Counted from the first letter of the stretch, positions 42,301 through 56,400 are shown. The stretch: 64,000 nt of DNA from Octopus vulgaris (GCA_951406725.2 OX597824.1:63116001-63180000), one strand, 5' to 3'. Notes: generated from the letters alone by a model not told the origin. Numbers and translations are program-made.

Positions 42301-43829
42301 TGGCAAATGTGTTTTATAATTGAGATAAAAATAAATGATTCACATTCTACTTGGTTTCTTTGATATGAAAAACCTTTAACACAGCAAATTCTAGAATATT
42401 CAATACAAAAATCCAGAATAATTCTATAAAATAATATCATGAAATATTTCCTTTTTATAGATTCAACAAGTTAGACGCTTGTTAGAACAGATTTTGTCTT
42501 GAAAGAATTTCCATTTGTGGAGTAGATTTGATTTCGTATTAAGTTATTTGTTTCAATAGACAGTAAGTGATGAAAGAAAACAATTGTTCTCTTCGGTGTA
42601 TCTTTCCTTATATATCACACTGCGAAACACACCATGTACATGTGACAGTAGCGATCCCTTAATTGAAATGGTATGACAGCTCATACGACAATAAAATACG
42701 GCGTTTCATTCTGCTAACCTAATGAAATATATTCTTTAGACGATGCTGCAGCTGACAGCTGTGTATCAATTATAATTATTCAATTAATTAGGCGCTGCAG
42801 ATTTCAGTATGCAATTAATTGATGGCTTAGCTTTCTTTTTATCTCACTGAAGTATCATATTTCCAGCTAATTCAAGAATAAAGGACTGCAAATAGCTGCA
42901 ATACAACATGAACCATGAACCGTTGTTTATTTTACTTTATACAACAGTATTGTTGTTATTTAGTAATGTTAAGTTGCGTGAATATAAGAATGTTTGAGAA
43001 TGTGTCTGTTTTTGAGTCTGCGCGATTGAGAGAAAGAGAATAAGAGAGGGAAAGTAAAAGTGAGAGTGAGAGACATGGTTTTCAGTAGAGTAGATTTAGT
43101 TAGAAACAACCGGCAAAGACAGGGTTTCTATTGCATTACCAACGTAAAAGTTGTTGGCTCCGGCAAATAATTTTCAATTGGTGCCCCCTTCTTAGTCGTT
43201 CCAGATTTCTATGGGTTTTGAACAATAGTCTGGTGCCTGTGGTGTCACATCAAGACTGATTACATAAACTTCAGTATAATATAGAACAATTCTTTATTAC
43301 TGTCTCAACACCGTAGACATTTCTCAGAAGCTATCAAGTCCTGAAATAAATATCATTTACGTGTCTGTCTTGCGTATTTTCCAGTAGGTGAAATTCATGC
43401 ATTGCCTTAGTTAGATAATCGTGGCCTTCGCCGATTTCCTATGTTAGAATGTTGAACTAAGAAAAGTATTTTAAAGATCGTCTAATCCTGTAGACGTGGT
43501 AACCACATCTCCTTCAATTTGTGTCATACCAAATTAAGCAAAAACGTACACTTCGAGTAATGTACGTCTAGACAGGTGGGTTGAAACATTGGGTCAATTA
43601 CATGTGATGAGTTTTAATTACCACTTGTAGAATGATAAATCATATTTGACAGAAAAGAATTAAGAATTATGTTGTCGAGTTAGGACCTCCCGAGTTGATT
43701 TATTTCAAATAGATCGACTCGAAGACAAGAACAAAAGAGGCAGATTTAAAATGTTATAAGGTTACAGCATGCCTCATTGTGTTGGTGTAGTGTGATAATG
43801 GCTTCTCAAAACAGTTAAAGAGAAACAAT

Positions 43830-44046
43830 GGGTTTCTTTAAAACTAGACTGGATCTCTTCTTGTCAGGGATTCCAGATGAACCTACCTCTCGGCAGGAAA
43901 CACAGATGCGGGCAGCGGCGTCGAACTCCCTTGTGAAACCACCTCATCAGAGGTGGTTTCACATACTAGTGTAGCACGTTTAACGGTGGTGCCCCAGCAT
44001 GGCCGCAGCTTTCGAGCTGAAACATTTTTAAGGATTTAAGGATTTT
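43830..44046 (+). mobile_element. SINE-like element 3' part with internal perfect hairpin
   Basis: Shares the ggtggtgccccagcatggccgcag...ctgaaac tail with other SINEs here and ends in (ttaaggat) repeats. Confidence 0.65.
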
Positions 44047-44704
44047 ACACATTAATAACTTGTAGGAACACGGCATTTCTTTATGCAAGCATAAAATACT
44101 ATAAAGTATATTGAACAATTTCTTAAGACAACACGTGTACAACTATGCGAGCAATGCTCTTAAATCACGTGTTAAGTCACCTTTACAGATTTTCTATGGA
44201 AATTATAGCCAGTACGGAGGTTGTTACGACGTTTGGTATCCGAGACGCCAGATGTAAACAAACAATGAGATCGAGGAAGACAAAATGGGCAATAGGCGTA
44301 TATGCCATATTCGGGAGTTTTTCTCCTTCATCTGCACCGATCGGAACCATTGATCATCCACGAACTCATTGTTTTAATAACCTTATAGCAGTGTAATGTG
44401 ATTAGCATATATTTCTTTTTTTTTTTTTCTTCAAGTCAAACTATTTATTATATGAAGAAAATATTTTACTCGTTTCAGTCATTAGGCTAAGGCCATTCTG
44501 GAATACGGCCTTGAAGGAATGTAATCGATAGAATCCATCCCAGAACTTATTTTTAAAGCCTGATAATTACAAATATATGTACGACGGCCTTCGACGCATT
44601 CCTCTATTTACATAATATCGAGGTCTCATTCATTCTTTTGTTGTCATGCATATATCCGTGTATACACACACACACATATGCACATACACAAACACACACA
44701 AACG

Positions 44705-44735
<31 letters not shown>

Positions 44736-45331
44736 ATATATATGGTACCTGGTTCGATCCCACTGTCATCTGTGGCAGGCGCTACATTTAAAGCCCCGGT
44801 TCGAATCATACACTGGGTGTGAAAGTAGGTAGATGGAAACTGTATTGAAGCCCATCGTCTGAACATTTATGTACACTATCTCGCTGGTTCTACCTGGGGA
44901 TTATGGTAAAAGTACATCAACTGACGGTATTTGTATGTGTACGTAATTCAGGAGGCTCCAAGACACACACATATATGTATGTATGTATGCATGTGTGCGT
45001 GTGTGTGTGCGCGCGTGTGTGTGTGTGCGCGTATGTGCGTGTGTGTGTGTGTATGTATGTATAAGTAATCGGGAAAATGTGATTTCTTTTCTGAACAATC
45101 AGTAATAGGAATTTTTTTAGATGTTTAACCAAAATGTACAATTATGTGAGTCCTATTAGTAAAGTAACATGAATTATGTTCAATAAATAATACCAAAAAC
45201 TATACCAGATACTTCTTTTGTAATATAATAACTCTGCAAACAATATTGCCAGAATTTTCAACTTTAGTATGTACCAACCATCAATTCTACAACTTCAACT
45301 ACACACAGGATTGTAATATTATTTTATTTTC

Positions 45332-45543
45332 TAGGCACAAGGTCCGACATTTTTGAAAAGTGTGGGGGACAGTCGATTAGATTGACTCCAGTATGTAACT
45401 GTAACTGGTACTTACTTTATCGACCCCGATAGGATGAAGCGCACAGTCGACCTCGCCGGAATTTGAACTCTGAACGTTAGGACAGATGAAAAACCGCAAA
45501 ACATTTCGCCCGGCCTGCTAACGTTTTACCCGTCTCGCCGCCT
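45332..45543 (-). mobile_element. SINE with Nin/Deu-like domain
   Basis: Homologous to 18540-18689. Confidence 0.85.
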
Positions 45544-45621
45544 GAAACTTGATTGTAATATTGGAATAAGTAGATATGCTTCAAGAACACAACTGGGATT
45601 TTCTCGCTACCAATATAATAA

Positions 45622-45667
<46 letters not shown>

Positions 45668-45949
45668 CAACAATTGAGGGTAAAATTAATTAATTATTAA
45701 TCAATTTCACCAAGTGTTCAGTATGCAAAGGGACCATTTAAGGCGAATTCAAATTATTACATTATATAAAAGGGCTTAGTAAAATAAATTACTTTGCCGC
45801 ATACTGAACTCATTAGAAATAGCAGCTAAAAAACTTTTTTAAAGCTATTTCTAATACTTAAAGAAAAGCTCTCTCATATAGTGTTTGCTTGACTCAACTC
45901 ACGAAAGTTTGGGGGTAAGGACATCAAAAAATCAAATGCAAAGGTTATT

Positions 45950-46001
45950 TGAGAACGTACGTTTCAAGATTAGTCAACACGACACTTCTATCATCAGCTC
46001 A
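45950..46001 (-). ncRNA. Type I hammerhead motif (mirror copy)
   Basis: Exact reverse complement of 46177-46228. Confidence 0.7.
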
Positions 46002-46176
46002 GAAACTCCTTGGTTTGGATTTGAAAACACTGAAAGTAAGAGCATACCTTTTCGGCTTCTCATCGCTTTCGAAGATCTGCTCGTAACTAACAGTGCCAAC
46101 AAACTCAAATATGCAAGCGAAGAATTTCTGTTCTCCCCTTTCCACCAGTGTTTTCAAATCCAAACCAAGGAGTTTC

Positions 46177-46228
46177 TGAGCTGATGATAGAAGTGTCGTG
46201 TTGACTAATCTTGAAACGTACGTTCTCA
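46177..46228 (+). ncRNA. Type I hammerhead motif with imperfect stem II
   Basis: tgag-CTGATGA-tagaagtgtcgtgttgactaatctt-GAAA-cgtacg-TT-ctca. Stem I is tgag/ctca, stem III is the palindrome CGTACG and the triplet is GUU. The 10.1-11.1 position is a U-U mismatch. Confidence 0.7.
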
Positions 46229-46441
46229 AATAACCTTTGCATTTGATTTTTTGATGTCCTTACCCCAAACTTTCGTGAGTTGAGTCAAGCAAACACTATA
46301 TGAGAGAGATTTTCTTTAAGTATTAGAAATAGCTTTAAAAAAGTTTTTTAGCTGCTATTTCTAATGAGTTCAGTATGCGGCAAAGTAATTTATTTTACTA
46401 AGCCCTTTTATATAATATATATATATATATATATACGCATG

Positions 46442-46473
<32 letters not shown>

Positions 46474-47487
46474 GATGGATGGATGGATGGATGGATGCAT
46501 GGATGGATTGATGGATGCATGGATGGATGCATGCATGTATGTATGTATATAAGCTGTTCGGCAAATTGGCCGATGGAATAAGTTCTAAGCTTAAAAGATT
46601 AAGTCCTGGAGTCAATTTGTTCTGCTAAAACACCTCAAGGGGTCGCTCCGACATGGCTGCAGTTAGATAACAGGACCAAGTAAGAGAAAAAAAAATGAAT
46701 ATAAAACCTCACACTCAGACACATTTATATGCGTTGAAGTTATTACTTGAAAATATAAAACAACTCATCTACTCTGTGCGTATGTGAGAGTGTGTGCGTC
46801 TGTGTGTGTGTGTGGGTGTGTGTGATGCGTAAATCTATATTTTTTGTTATATACGGAAAAAAAACGTACGTACTTATACATACATGATGGTATGATAGCT
46901 CATCAGTCAACTTTGACGGCCAAAAAGATAGAAAAAAAGAGAGAGAATTAGCAAAGCAATAAAGGAGGAAAACATAATGCCTAAAGATAGCATGCCTATC
47001 TTTTGGCGATCAATGAAGACAATTACATTTCCGCACACAACACACACACACTCACACACACACACACACACACATCTGTGTGTCTATGTGTGTGTTTCTG
47101 TATATTTATGTTATAGTGATATGTTTATGAACATCCCCCTTTATCCTTGCGATTTGGGGTTCACGGCTAGAGCTATTTGAAGGTTTTTCGTGGATGGAAA
47201 ACTCTGAGAAGCTTGTCATATGTGTCTGTGGGCGTGCGTGCGTGCGTGCGTGCGCATATGTGCATCGATATTGAGTGCAATTTGTGTATAGTTTGTTTCG
47301 TAATGCAGTATAATCTGTGTTTTTTTTTGCGCCACTTTAAACAAGCGGTTCGACAAACAAGTTCCATTGGATAAGTACCATGGGTTTATTTGCTTACTGA
47401 AGCCCTAAAACGACATTACTTTCGTATGTCTGCAATCCAGTGACTGAAACCGTACAGAAGTAAATTAATGTATTATGTAAGTATGTA

Positions 47488-47665
47488 AGGCGGTGAACTG
47501 GTAGAATCGTTAGCATGCCGGACATGATGCTTGGTGGTATTTCGTTGGTCTTTACGTTTGGAATTCAAATTCCGCCTTGGTGGACTCTACCTTTCGTCCT
47601 TTCGGTGTCAATTAAATAAGTACCAGTTGAATACTGAAGCCGATATAATCGACTATCCCTGACCC
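47488..47665 (+). mobile_element. SINE with Nin/Deu-like domain
   Basis: ggcggtgaactggtagaatcgttagc...ttcaaattccgcc...cctttcgtcctttcggtgtcaat...taagtaccag. Confidence 0.8.
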
Positions 47666-48191
47666 CTTAGTATCCCCCCAAAAAAAACAAATATGATATA
47701 AGTATTTGTACGTATTTCTATTTGTACGTATTTCTATGTGTACGTAGGAGTGATATAATGTAAAGGAATGAGAAATTATGAATATATTATGACTCCAGCC
47801 TGTCAGTTACCAAGTTTCGAGATATATTGAGAAATCTCATGTATTTGGTTTGTATTGAAACGTAAACTAAAACAATGATATATCAGCGAATTATTCCAAC
47901 TCAAATATTTCTCCGTTTTACTCTTTGTTAATTGACCAATGTTATTTGCACAGCTCCATTGTTACAAAGAAAATACCAATTTCCTATTAGCTTTGCTAAT
48001 ATCATATGTGATGCATTCAAGTATGTTTTTCTCTTGTTTTCTCTTTCAACTGTTCTCCAACATCCTTTTTCAATTACTTGGTATACCGTAAACACAGATG
48101 GACTATAAATGGGGACTATCAGCTGCTCGAAGTTGCAGATTATGCGCTTAGAATTTAACACCTCATCAAGTCGGTATCACACTCTTATCAT

Positions 48192-48270
<79 letters not shown>

Positions 48271-48274
48271 GCTG
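48192..48274. repeat. (TAC)n/(TGC)n compound microsatellite
   Basis: Directly visible. Confidence 0.95.
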
Positions 48275-48295
48275 CGAACAATGTTAACAATAATG

Positions 48296-48450
48296 GTATC
48301 AAATTTTGGACCAAAGCCAGCAAGTTCGTGGGAGTGAATAAGTCGTTTCTATCGACCCGTGTTCAGCTGGAACTTACGCTTTCAACCCAGAAACTATGAA
48401 CGGCAAAGGCGACCCCGAAGGTTTTTGAACTCAGAACGTAAAGTCGGACG
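48296..48450 (-). mobile_element. Degenerate Nin/Deu-like SINE
   Basis: Diverged homology to 45332-45543. Confidence 0.65.
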
Positions 48451-48467
48451 CCAGCACGTCGCGTTAC

Positions 48468-49327
<860 letters not shown>

Positions 49328-49526
49328 CGAATTGATTTTATTATTATTATCTATTTGAAAATATAGCCAAGAAACGCGCGTAGTCTTTCTACTACTATTT
49401 ACTATTTATTGTATTTTATTGACTTTTAGAATAAGGTTTTTAACATATATGTTTTCTATATGGCGTGAATAACATCTTATATTATTGAATTGTTTAATAG
49501 AGAGTTTTCTCTAAATTATATACATG

Positions 49527-49584
<58 letters not shown>

Positions 49585-49585
<1 letters not shown>

Positions 49586-50750
49586 CCTGCTGGAAGTGGA
49601 AGAGGTACAGGTGGATTTGGAAATTTTGAAGAGGAGCAAGGATTTAATTCAGAGGCTAAAGCTGACTCCCCCTGCAGAAGTTAGAAAAATGAAAAATAAG
49701 AATGTGGTGGCGTACAGAGCATTGTGATTCAAGAGCAAGAAAATTTGAGATGGCAAGTGAAGAAGTCATAGAGGAGTGCCTGAAAGAAATCAGGAATGAT
49801 ATCTAATTTTTTTTGTAGAGGAATAAGATTCAGTTCAGTGAAAGTGCGTTTTGCTGCCGTAGATGAGGCAATAAAGTACTCCACTACGATATTTAGAACG
49901 GAGGATTGTGCACTTTTGCCAACCTATCTCAGTAAACGATTGACGAGAATAAGTATTGGCAGGGTACCCCTTGAGATCGGCGAGATTTGGCTGCTTGTAG
50001 CAATTTTGACAGGAACAAAAGAGGACCCAACATACTACAAGTGACTGAACTACAACTGAACGGATGGGGATATGGCCTGGAAGTTGTAATTCAAGCCACC
50101 TCACAGGACTTGGGAACAAATTGTAGAAGAAATTGTGCTGCTAGAAGTGAAGCTGCGAGTAGTAGTGGAGTGGAAACCTCCCACCTGTCACCACTGTAGT
50201 TAAAGGGGGCACATAAAGGTGAGCTGCCCCCGTTTAAACAACCAGACACCAGTGGAGGAGGAACAGGAAGAGTACAGCAACAGAGACGAGAAGACAGAAG
50301 AAACCATAGAAGAAACGAATGTGGAGAATACAGACGAAAGGTTCCAGGAGGTACAAAGCAGAAAGAGAAATGAACTAAAAAATTCCCCCACCGAAGAACC
50401 TAAACAAAACGAAAAAGAAAGAAACAGGTAACACACAAGCACCCAGTACACAGAAGAAAATATAGAAAACACACTGACACAGTGTACCACACCGCCGCAA
50501 ACACCCAAGAAAACTACAAATATCCCATACTACCCAGAGTCTCCAGATGAATATGCACTTACAGAAACACAAGCAGGTACACAAACCTCAAAGGCCAGTC
50601 ACGAAAATAAGTCATATCAGATGAGTATTGTGACGAGCACGGCCATCGAGAGAAAAATTTCAAGCATGAAATCAACAGTAAGAGTTTAAATGCCTGAATA
50701 CTCTCTGTGCATGTCCATTTATATTGTGGCACAGTCCATTACGAGCCAAC
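49585..50750 (+). mobile_element. LINE ORF1 (L1/Tx1-like gag-type) remnant
   Basis: TCHHCS*RGHIKVSCP (CX2CX4HX4C knuckle at about 50183-50230), preceded by LLPTYLSKRLTRISIGRVP and followed by an E/K/T-rich tail. Confidence 0.7.
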
Positions 50751-51422
50751 CAATTAGGGGTGTTCTACTTCCACAAACAATATATACATATGTGTGTGTG
50801 TGTGTGTATGTGTGTGAGTGTGTGTGTGTGTGTGTGTGTAACGTAGATTCCAGGATGCAAGTGTAGGTACTTTGTAAGCTTTAAGCACTCCGTAGCAGGT
50901 ATAGAAAACAAAGATTTGAAAGTGTACGGTAAAGAACGATAACAGTTTATTTACATTAAAATTTACACGCTTTTTTCCCATATTGAAATTACCAGGAAAT
51001 TAAATAAGCTGAAATTTTCTATGTTTTAGTATCGCCCACGTAACCTTCTGTTTCGGTCACGAGTGACGATGAAAGCAATTTAAAAATCCAAATTGAGGAA
51101 GTGGAACGAATATAATCTAGGCTACATATGTCTTCTAGCTCGATAATTCCATGATGTAATAAGCACCCCACAATGGGTACTCAGCTAAGCTATTCATCAA
51201 GCCGAAAAACCAAAATTATATGAACGTTACATTTCCCCAAGTTAACTTACTGCAGGGGTAAGTTGAGTGGATATTCAAGACTTAATGAATAGGCTAGCTG
51301 AGTACTTCTCTTTGCGTAAATATTACATCAGAGGAGCGGTTAGCTAAGAAACACTTTCCACTGCCTTATTTTGGATATATATATGTGTGTATGTGTGTGT
51401 GTGTGTGCGTGTGTATGGTGTA

Positions 51423-51479
<57 letters not shown>

Positions 51480-52108
51480 TGTATGCATGTAAGAGTGTAT
51501 TTATATAGACAAAATGAGATAATAATAGATAAGATAAATATATTCAAAGTATAACCAAGATATGTTATTTAGGCTGCCAAGTTGCAACAGCGTGTAAGAA
51601 AGATAAGTTTATTAAAGTTACAATGAGAAAAATAATCTGTGACTTAATCCCATTAATAATATATACTGTAACCTATTGATAAGAAAATATTTCAAATTCA
51701 AGCTAAGAATAAGAATTCATTATGTTAGTCATAACCTAAGGAAAACCACTAATAAAGAAAACATAATCAGACCTGAAATGTTTATCAACTGATAAAGTAC
51801 GATAAATTAAATTAATAAATCCATAGGCGATAATTTATTGTCTTTGGACAGCACAGAGTAGTCTATTAGTATATTCTGTCGAGTTCGCATCCTACACTGT
51901 TCAGAATCTGATGTGGGTCATAACGTTGTGTTCCTAGATCTATATATAACTACAGCTGATTGATTATGGGTCGTGTAACGTACATAATTAACGCAACATT
52001 CTATTCCGTAACACTAGCGTATCTGAAATGCAGATCAGCAAATTATGGATTATTAATTATTAATTTAAAAAGTATAATTCTCCAATTTTCTTTGAGTTTG
52101 ATACAATA

Positions 52109-52166
52109 CAGTAAGTAGTACCTCGGTTTTCGAAGAACTCTGATCACGAATATATCGTGCTTTATG

Positions 52167-52198
<32 letters not shown>

Positions 52199-52330
52199 TA
52201 AATCACGATTTATTCGTAATCAGAGGCGTTCGTAAACTTGGGTACTGTTGTATTAAATGAATATTAGAAATACAGGAGATAAGCACGATTTAGTTGTAAT
52301 CAGAGTTGTTCGAAAAGTGAGGTACTACTG
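52109..52330. mobile_element. Tigger/pogo-like MITE
   Basis: TA, cagta(agta)gtacctcggttttcgaa ... ttcgaaaagtgaggtactactg, TA. A second right-TIR-like copy lies at about 52205-52252. Confidence 0.7.
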
Positions 52331-52969
52331 TATACAGAAATCTTCATAATCTTCGTACTTAGGTTTCGCTAATCGAACAAGAATACAAATGTAATTGTAT
52401 GGACCACTTGATACACAGCGGTTATCACTCGTCGATCTACTTAGCCAAGTGCTGTTATTACAGAGTCCTCGAAAAGTACTTGCTTGGATTTTATTATCCT
52501 TATTCCTTTGTGTGTGAGGGGGGGATATATAAACCAGTAGCTTATCGTAATATTCTATTTTATAAAATAAAGTTAAACTATATAAACTGTGTGCATTTTC
52601 CTTCTTTTGTTATAAATATTTTTCACTACAACACATGGGGACATCTCTTCAACGAAATTCTTTACTCTGTTTCTGTGTGGAGGTGGGGTAAGTCGTCTAA
52701 AAGTCCATAAGTCAGAGAAAATACACTCGTGTATGTGTCAATTGAGTGGATATATCATTCGAAGTGCATAATACTATATTTCCATTACGGCCACCCTTAC
52801 CAATCGGTTTCACGCTGGGGTTTCAACGGGGTGTTAGGTACCTGCGATGAACGCAGAGTTACATAACTAGATTGTTATCTAGCATTCTGTTGAATCTCTA
52901 GCAGGAAACGGACTGGTAACATCAGCCGTAATGTGTATATGATACTATACACGTCGAATGATATATTTC

Positions 52970-53162
52970 TTATTCTTTTATTCTCTTACTTGTTTCAGTC
53001 ATTTCACTGCAGCCATGGGTCGGCATCACCTTTATTCGAAGATAACGACTCCAGAACTTATTCTTTGTAATCCTACTACTTATTTTATCGTTCTCTATTG
53101 CCGAACAGCTACATTGCGTGGACATATACACACCAGCATCGGTTGTCGAGTGATGGTGGGGA
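52970..53162 (-). mobile_element. SINE 3' fragment
   Basis: tcttacttgtttcagtcatttcactgcagccatg is the reverse complement of the SINE tail seen at 5165-5210. Confidence 0.7.
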
Positions 53163-53550
53163 ACATATATATATATATAATCCTAAGTTATATTATTGTA
53201 ATATTTATGTGAATTGTGAACTCTGCTTTGTGGCAGGTTGTGTAATAATTTTGCTAGCAATATTCTGTTAAGATAAATGCTGAAAATTTTGTAAAAATAG
53301 CTAGAGTGGGTTTGCATTTAATTTTTCAAGTAGCCAATGTTTTTGTATTAGACAACTAAACTGTAAATTTTCTAATGGTTACTCAGCATGCTTGTATGAA
53401 GCATTTTTGCGTGAATTTAAAACAAACTAGATTAGTTGCTTGACTATTTATCTTTTAACTATAATTATTGATGTAGTCTGGCAGCCGTTTTGTGTCATGA
53501 GCTCTTAGTTTAAGTGGTTGCTTTGACATTAGATTTATTTATGTTTAGGT

Positions 53551-53690
53551 CCAACTTTCGAAAACCAAATTTATTAAACCAAATTTATGAAACCAAATTT
53601 CGAAATCCAAATTTATGAAACCAAATTTACGAATCCACATTTATGAAATCAAGTTTATGAAACCAAATTTCTGAATCCAACTTTCTAAAT
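53551..53690. repeat. 14-bp minisatellite, about 10 units (ccaaatttatgaaa)
   Basis: Directly visible degenerate tandem array. Confidence 0.9.
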
Positions 53691-56225
53691 TGTATATATT
53701 TTACTTTTATAAATATTTTGACTGCACATCTAATGTAGCATTAATTAATTTATTCATATATATTTGTTGGTATGTATGTGGTTTGTGTATGCTGATGCTT
53801 AATTGTTAATAATATTTTTAAAAACTTCATGTCGTGTTGTTGCTTTCGGTTCACCCCATCATTGTTGGTTGTGTAGATTTGGATTATGGCCACCAGGTCG
53901 TTACGATATATATATATATATACATACATACATAGATACATAATTATATGTGTGACAGAAATATAGACACGCACATACATACAAAGACTGACAGATGGAT
54001 ACTGTCACTTTTGTACTCATTTGTTTCAGTCATTTGGTTATCACTATATTTTGCCACTTCTTTAAAGGACACTAGTAAATTGTACCCTTCCCAATTGTTG
54101 TTCTATATCGGGTATTGATTTGTTTACCTGACCGCTGAGTTACGAGCCAAGAACAAAAAACATTGTTTTTGAAGCAGTGATTCTGAAATCTTTTGCATGA
54201 ATACAAGAGCATGCAAATACGTGACGCACATACACAGAGACACATACAAACGCATACAGACAAACATCCGTATTATATATATTTTATGAATGAATGACAA
54301 AATAACAGGGTTTCTATCTAATCAGTTTCATTAGCATAGAGCTGCTTCCGCTGTATGCACGCCCACTCAGATCTGATTAGATGGGGTTTTTTTAATAGTA
54401 GAAAGGGCTCTAAGCTAATGAAAGTTAGTACGTAACTCGTAACCCCATCTAACTCAGTGTTCATTAATTCTTATTATGCACTATTCTTACCTGTTGTTTT
54501 ACTTTAAGACAAGAATACATTGACTTCTAACGAGAGGTTATACGTTGTAGCCGCTATGCATAAGGAAATCATAAAATACACACATACACACAAACATGTG
54601 TGTATATTTGTAACAAGAGTCCGTACAGTTTCCCTCGCAACTCGTAAGTGTTTCTTCTGATATAACCAAAGTTCTTAGTAAAAGACTGACACTTCCCTAA
54701 GGAACCTCACTAAAGCACCGAACCCGAAGTCCCTTTTGTAGAACAAAATACCTTCTCAGCCAAGTTTTATTACTGTTCTATGTTACTTCTACTCAATAAC
54801 ATTATGTAATAATATTTGAATTTTTGTACGGCATGAATCTCATTAACAATATGTGGCATGTGATCCCCTGAATTCTGAGATCACCTACATAAAAAAAATT
54901 CCGATTCTATTCCAACCAGCGCAGCTCTTTGAAAATTCAACACTATTTGTACATTATGGAAAATATACCATTAGGGTTAGAATTAAGTTTTGGAAATGAA
55001 TCAAGATGTAACACCTACCCAATACCGAAACTGAACCTTCCATACATAGCAACCACATCATGACACATCTTTTATTCTGAATCAGAACTGTTCTATTCAA
55101 TATTTCCAAAACAAATCAAGGAAACAAAAATTTCTAAGCCTATCAAATATATCTGTAAAAATCTTCCAAGAAAATCCCGATAAATTGCCTACAGCTGCAT
55201 ATATTTCAGTCAATAACAGTTCCTTAATCGACTGAGCAATGATCTCTCAAACAAAGAGTTTGATGACTTCACCAGGTGGTGTGTTAAAGTTAAAAACTAT
55301 CTGGATCAATCAATACTAGCTGAAATCTATCAAAGTTTATCCATGCTTATAGCATTTTCCGATCATGACAGTTCTGATATTGATCAAAATTTATCCACAT
55401 TGAACAAAACAATTTCAGCTTATACGATGTCATGGTGTATAGATAAGATATGTTCTAAGTCCAGAATAAATCTGAAAAGCGGAAGAGAAATATCGATGAC
55501 ACAGAGTTGTGTTTATAATACTATTTTATTGTAAATAGCCTTATTGAAAAACTACCCATTTTAACTATATTTTTTGTCATTGTTTTCGTGACTTCAAATG
55601 TCAGATTAATGTCATAATTAAGAATATTTTTTCTAATGTGTTTTGTAGAAGCTATCACTTTATCTGAAAGCGCGCTTTCAAACTGACACTTATAAGATTG
55701 AGCAATATTTCGCAGAGAAAGGCTATCATTACATTTACTTCTGTTCTTTTTCCTTTAACAGAGTTATGTCAGTTAAACTACTGTTAAATTCTACTATCTG
55801 GTGGTGATATCAATATGCCTAGCTGCAGTGCTCTTACAAAAAACGTTGACATGAGATTGTCATCGACTGACATTCGTGGTTACGTATGGGGAAGATTGTA
55901 TTTCCTTTCAATACCTCAGTATACACATAAAATCAAATCAGGACAATAAGTTTTACGAAGCAGTTAACCAATACAATTCCCATTATTTTTCACAAATTAC
56001 TGTTAATGATCGAATAATTAATGAACGAATATAAAAATCTAAACAAAACAAAATTAGCAAGTATGTTTTGCCGTGGATCGTGATTGTTGTCGTTGCCTTT
56101 GTTGCAGTTGTCGTTTTACTAACACCAAGAAAGCCCCAATCGGGTCAACATAGCGTAAACAGTAACAAATACATTCTATTTGAAGTTATTCAGCTTATCT
56201 ACATGTAATTAAGAATTAATTATAT

Positions 56226-56400
56226 ATGGCAAGAGAGGAAGAGGCTGACCAAGAACCCGCTGGCTTGACATCATCAAGAGTGATACCGGAATGGACATAG
56301 CCAATCTGAAAGAAGCGGCTCAGGATAAAACTGACTGGAGGACACTGATCCAACGAGTAACCGAGAGCCGACTTCGACTGAGCGGATAGATAGAGATAGA
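56226..56400 (+). mobile_element. RTE (BovB-like) LINE 3' end
   Basis: GKRGRG*PRTRWLDIIKSDTGMDIANLKEAAQDKTDWRTLIQRVTESRLRLSG* followed by a (GATA)n tail. Confidence 0.88.

Larger units (their letters stand above)
45663..46416. mobile_element. Fold-back element (inverted PLE-like pLTRs) inserted in (TA)n
   Basis: Arms 45761-46032 and 46146-46416 are reverse complements; I see only one substitution and one 1-nt indel. The spacer is 113 nt, (TA)n lies on both sides, and each arm has a hammerhead motif. Confidence 0.9.

Noticed and set aside
45885-46229. Overlapping ORFs 45885-46184 (+) and 45999-46229 (-) as genes
   Set aside because: They are by-products of the fold-back, with no recognisable motifs.
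51040-51072. ggtcac/gtgac hairpin followed by GAAAC on the minus strand as a hammerhead
   Set aside because: No CUGANGA box or stem I.
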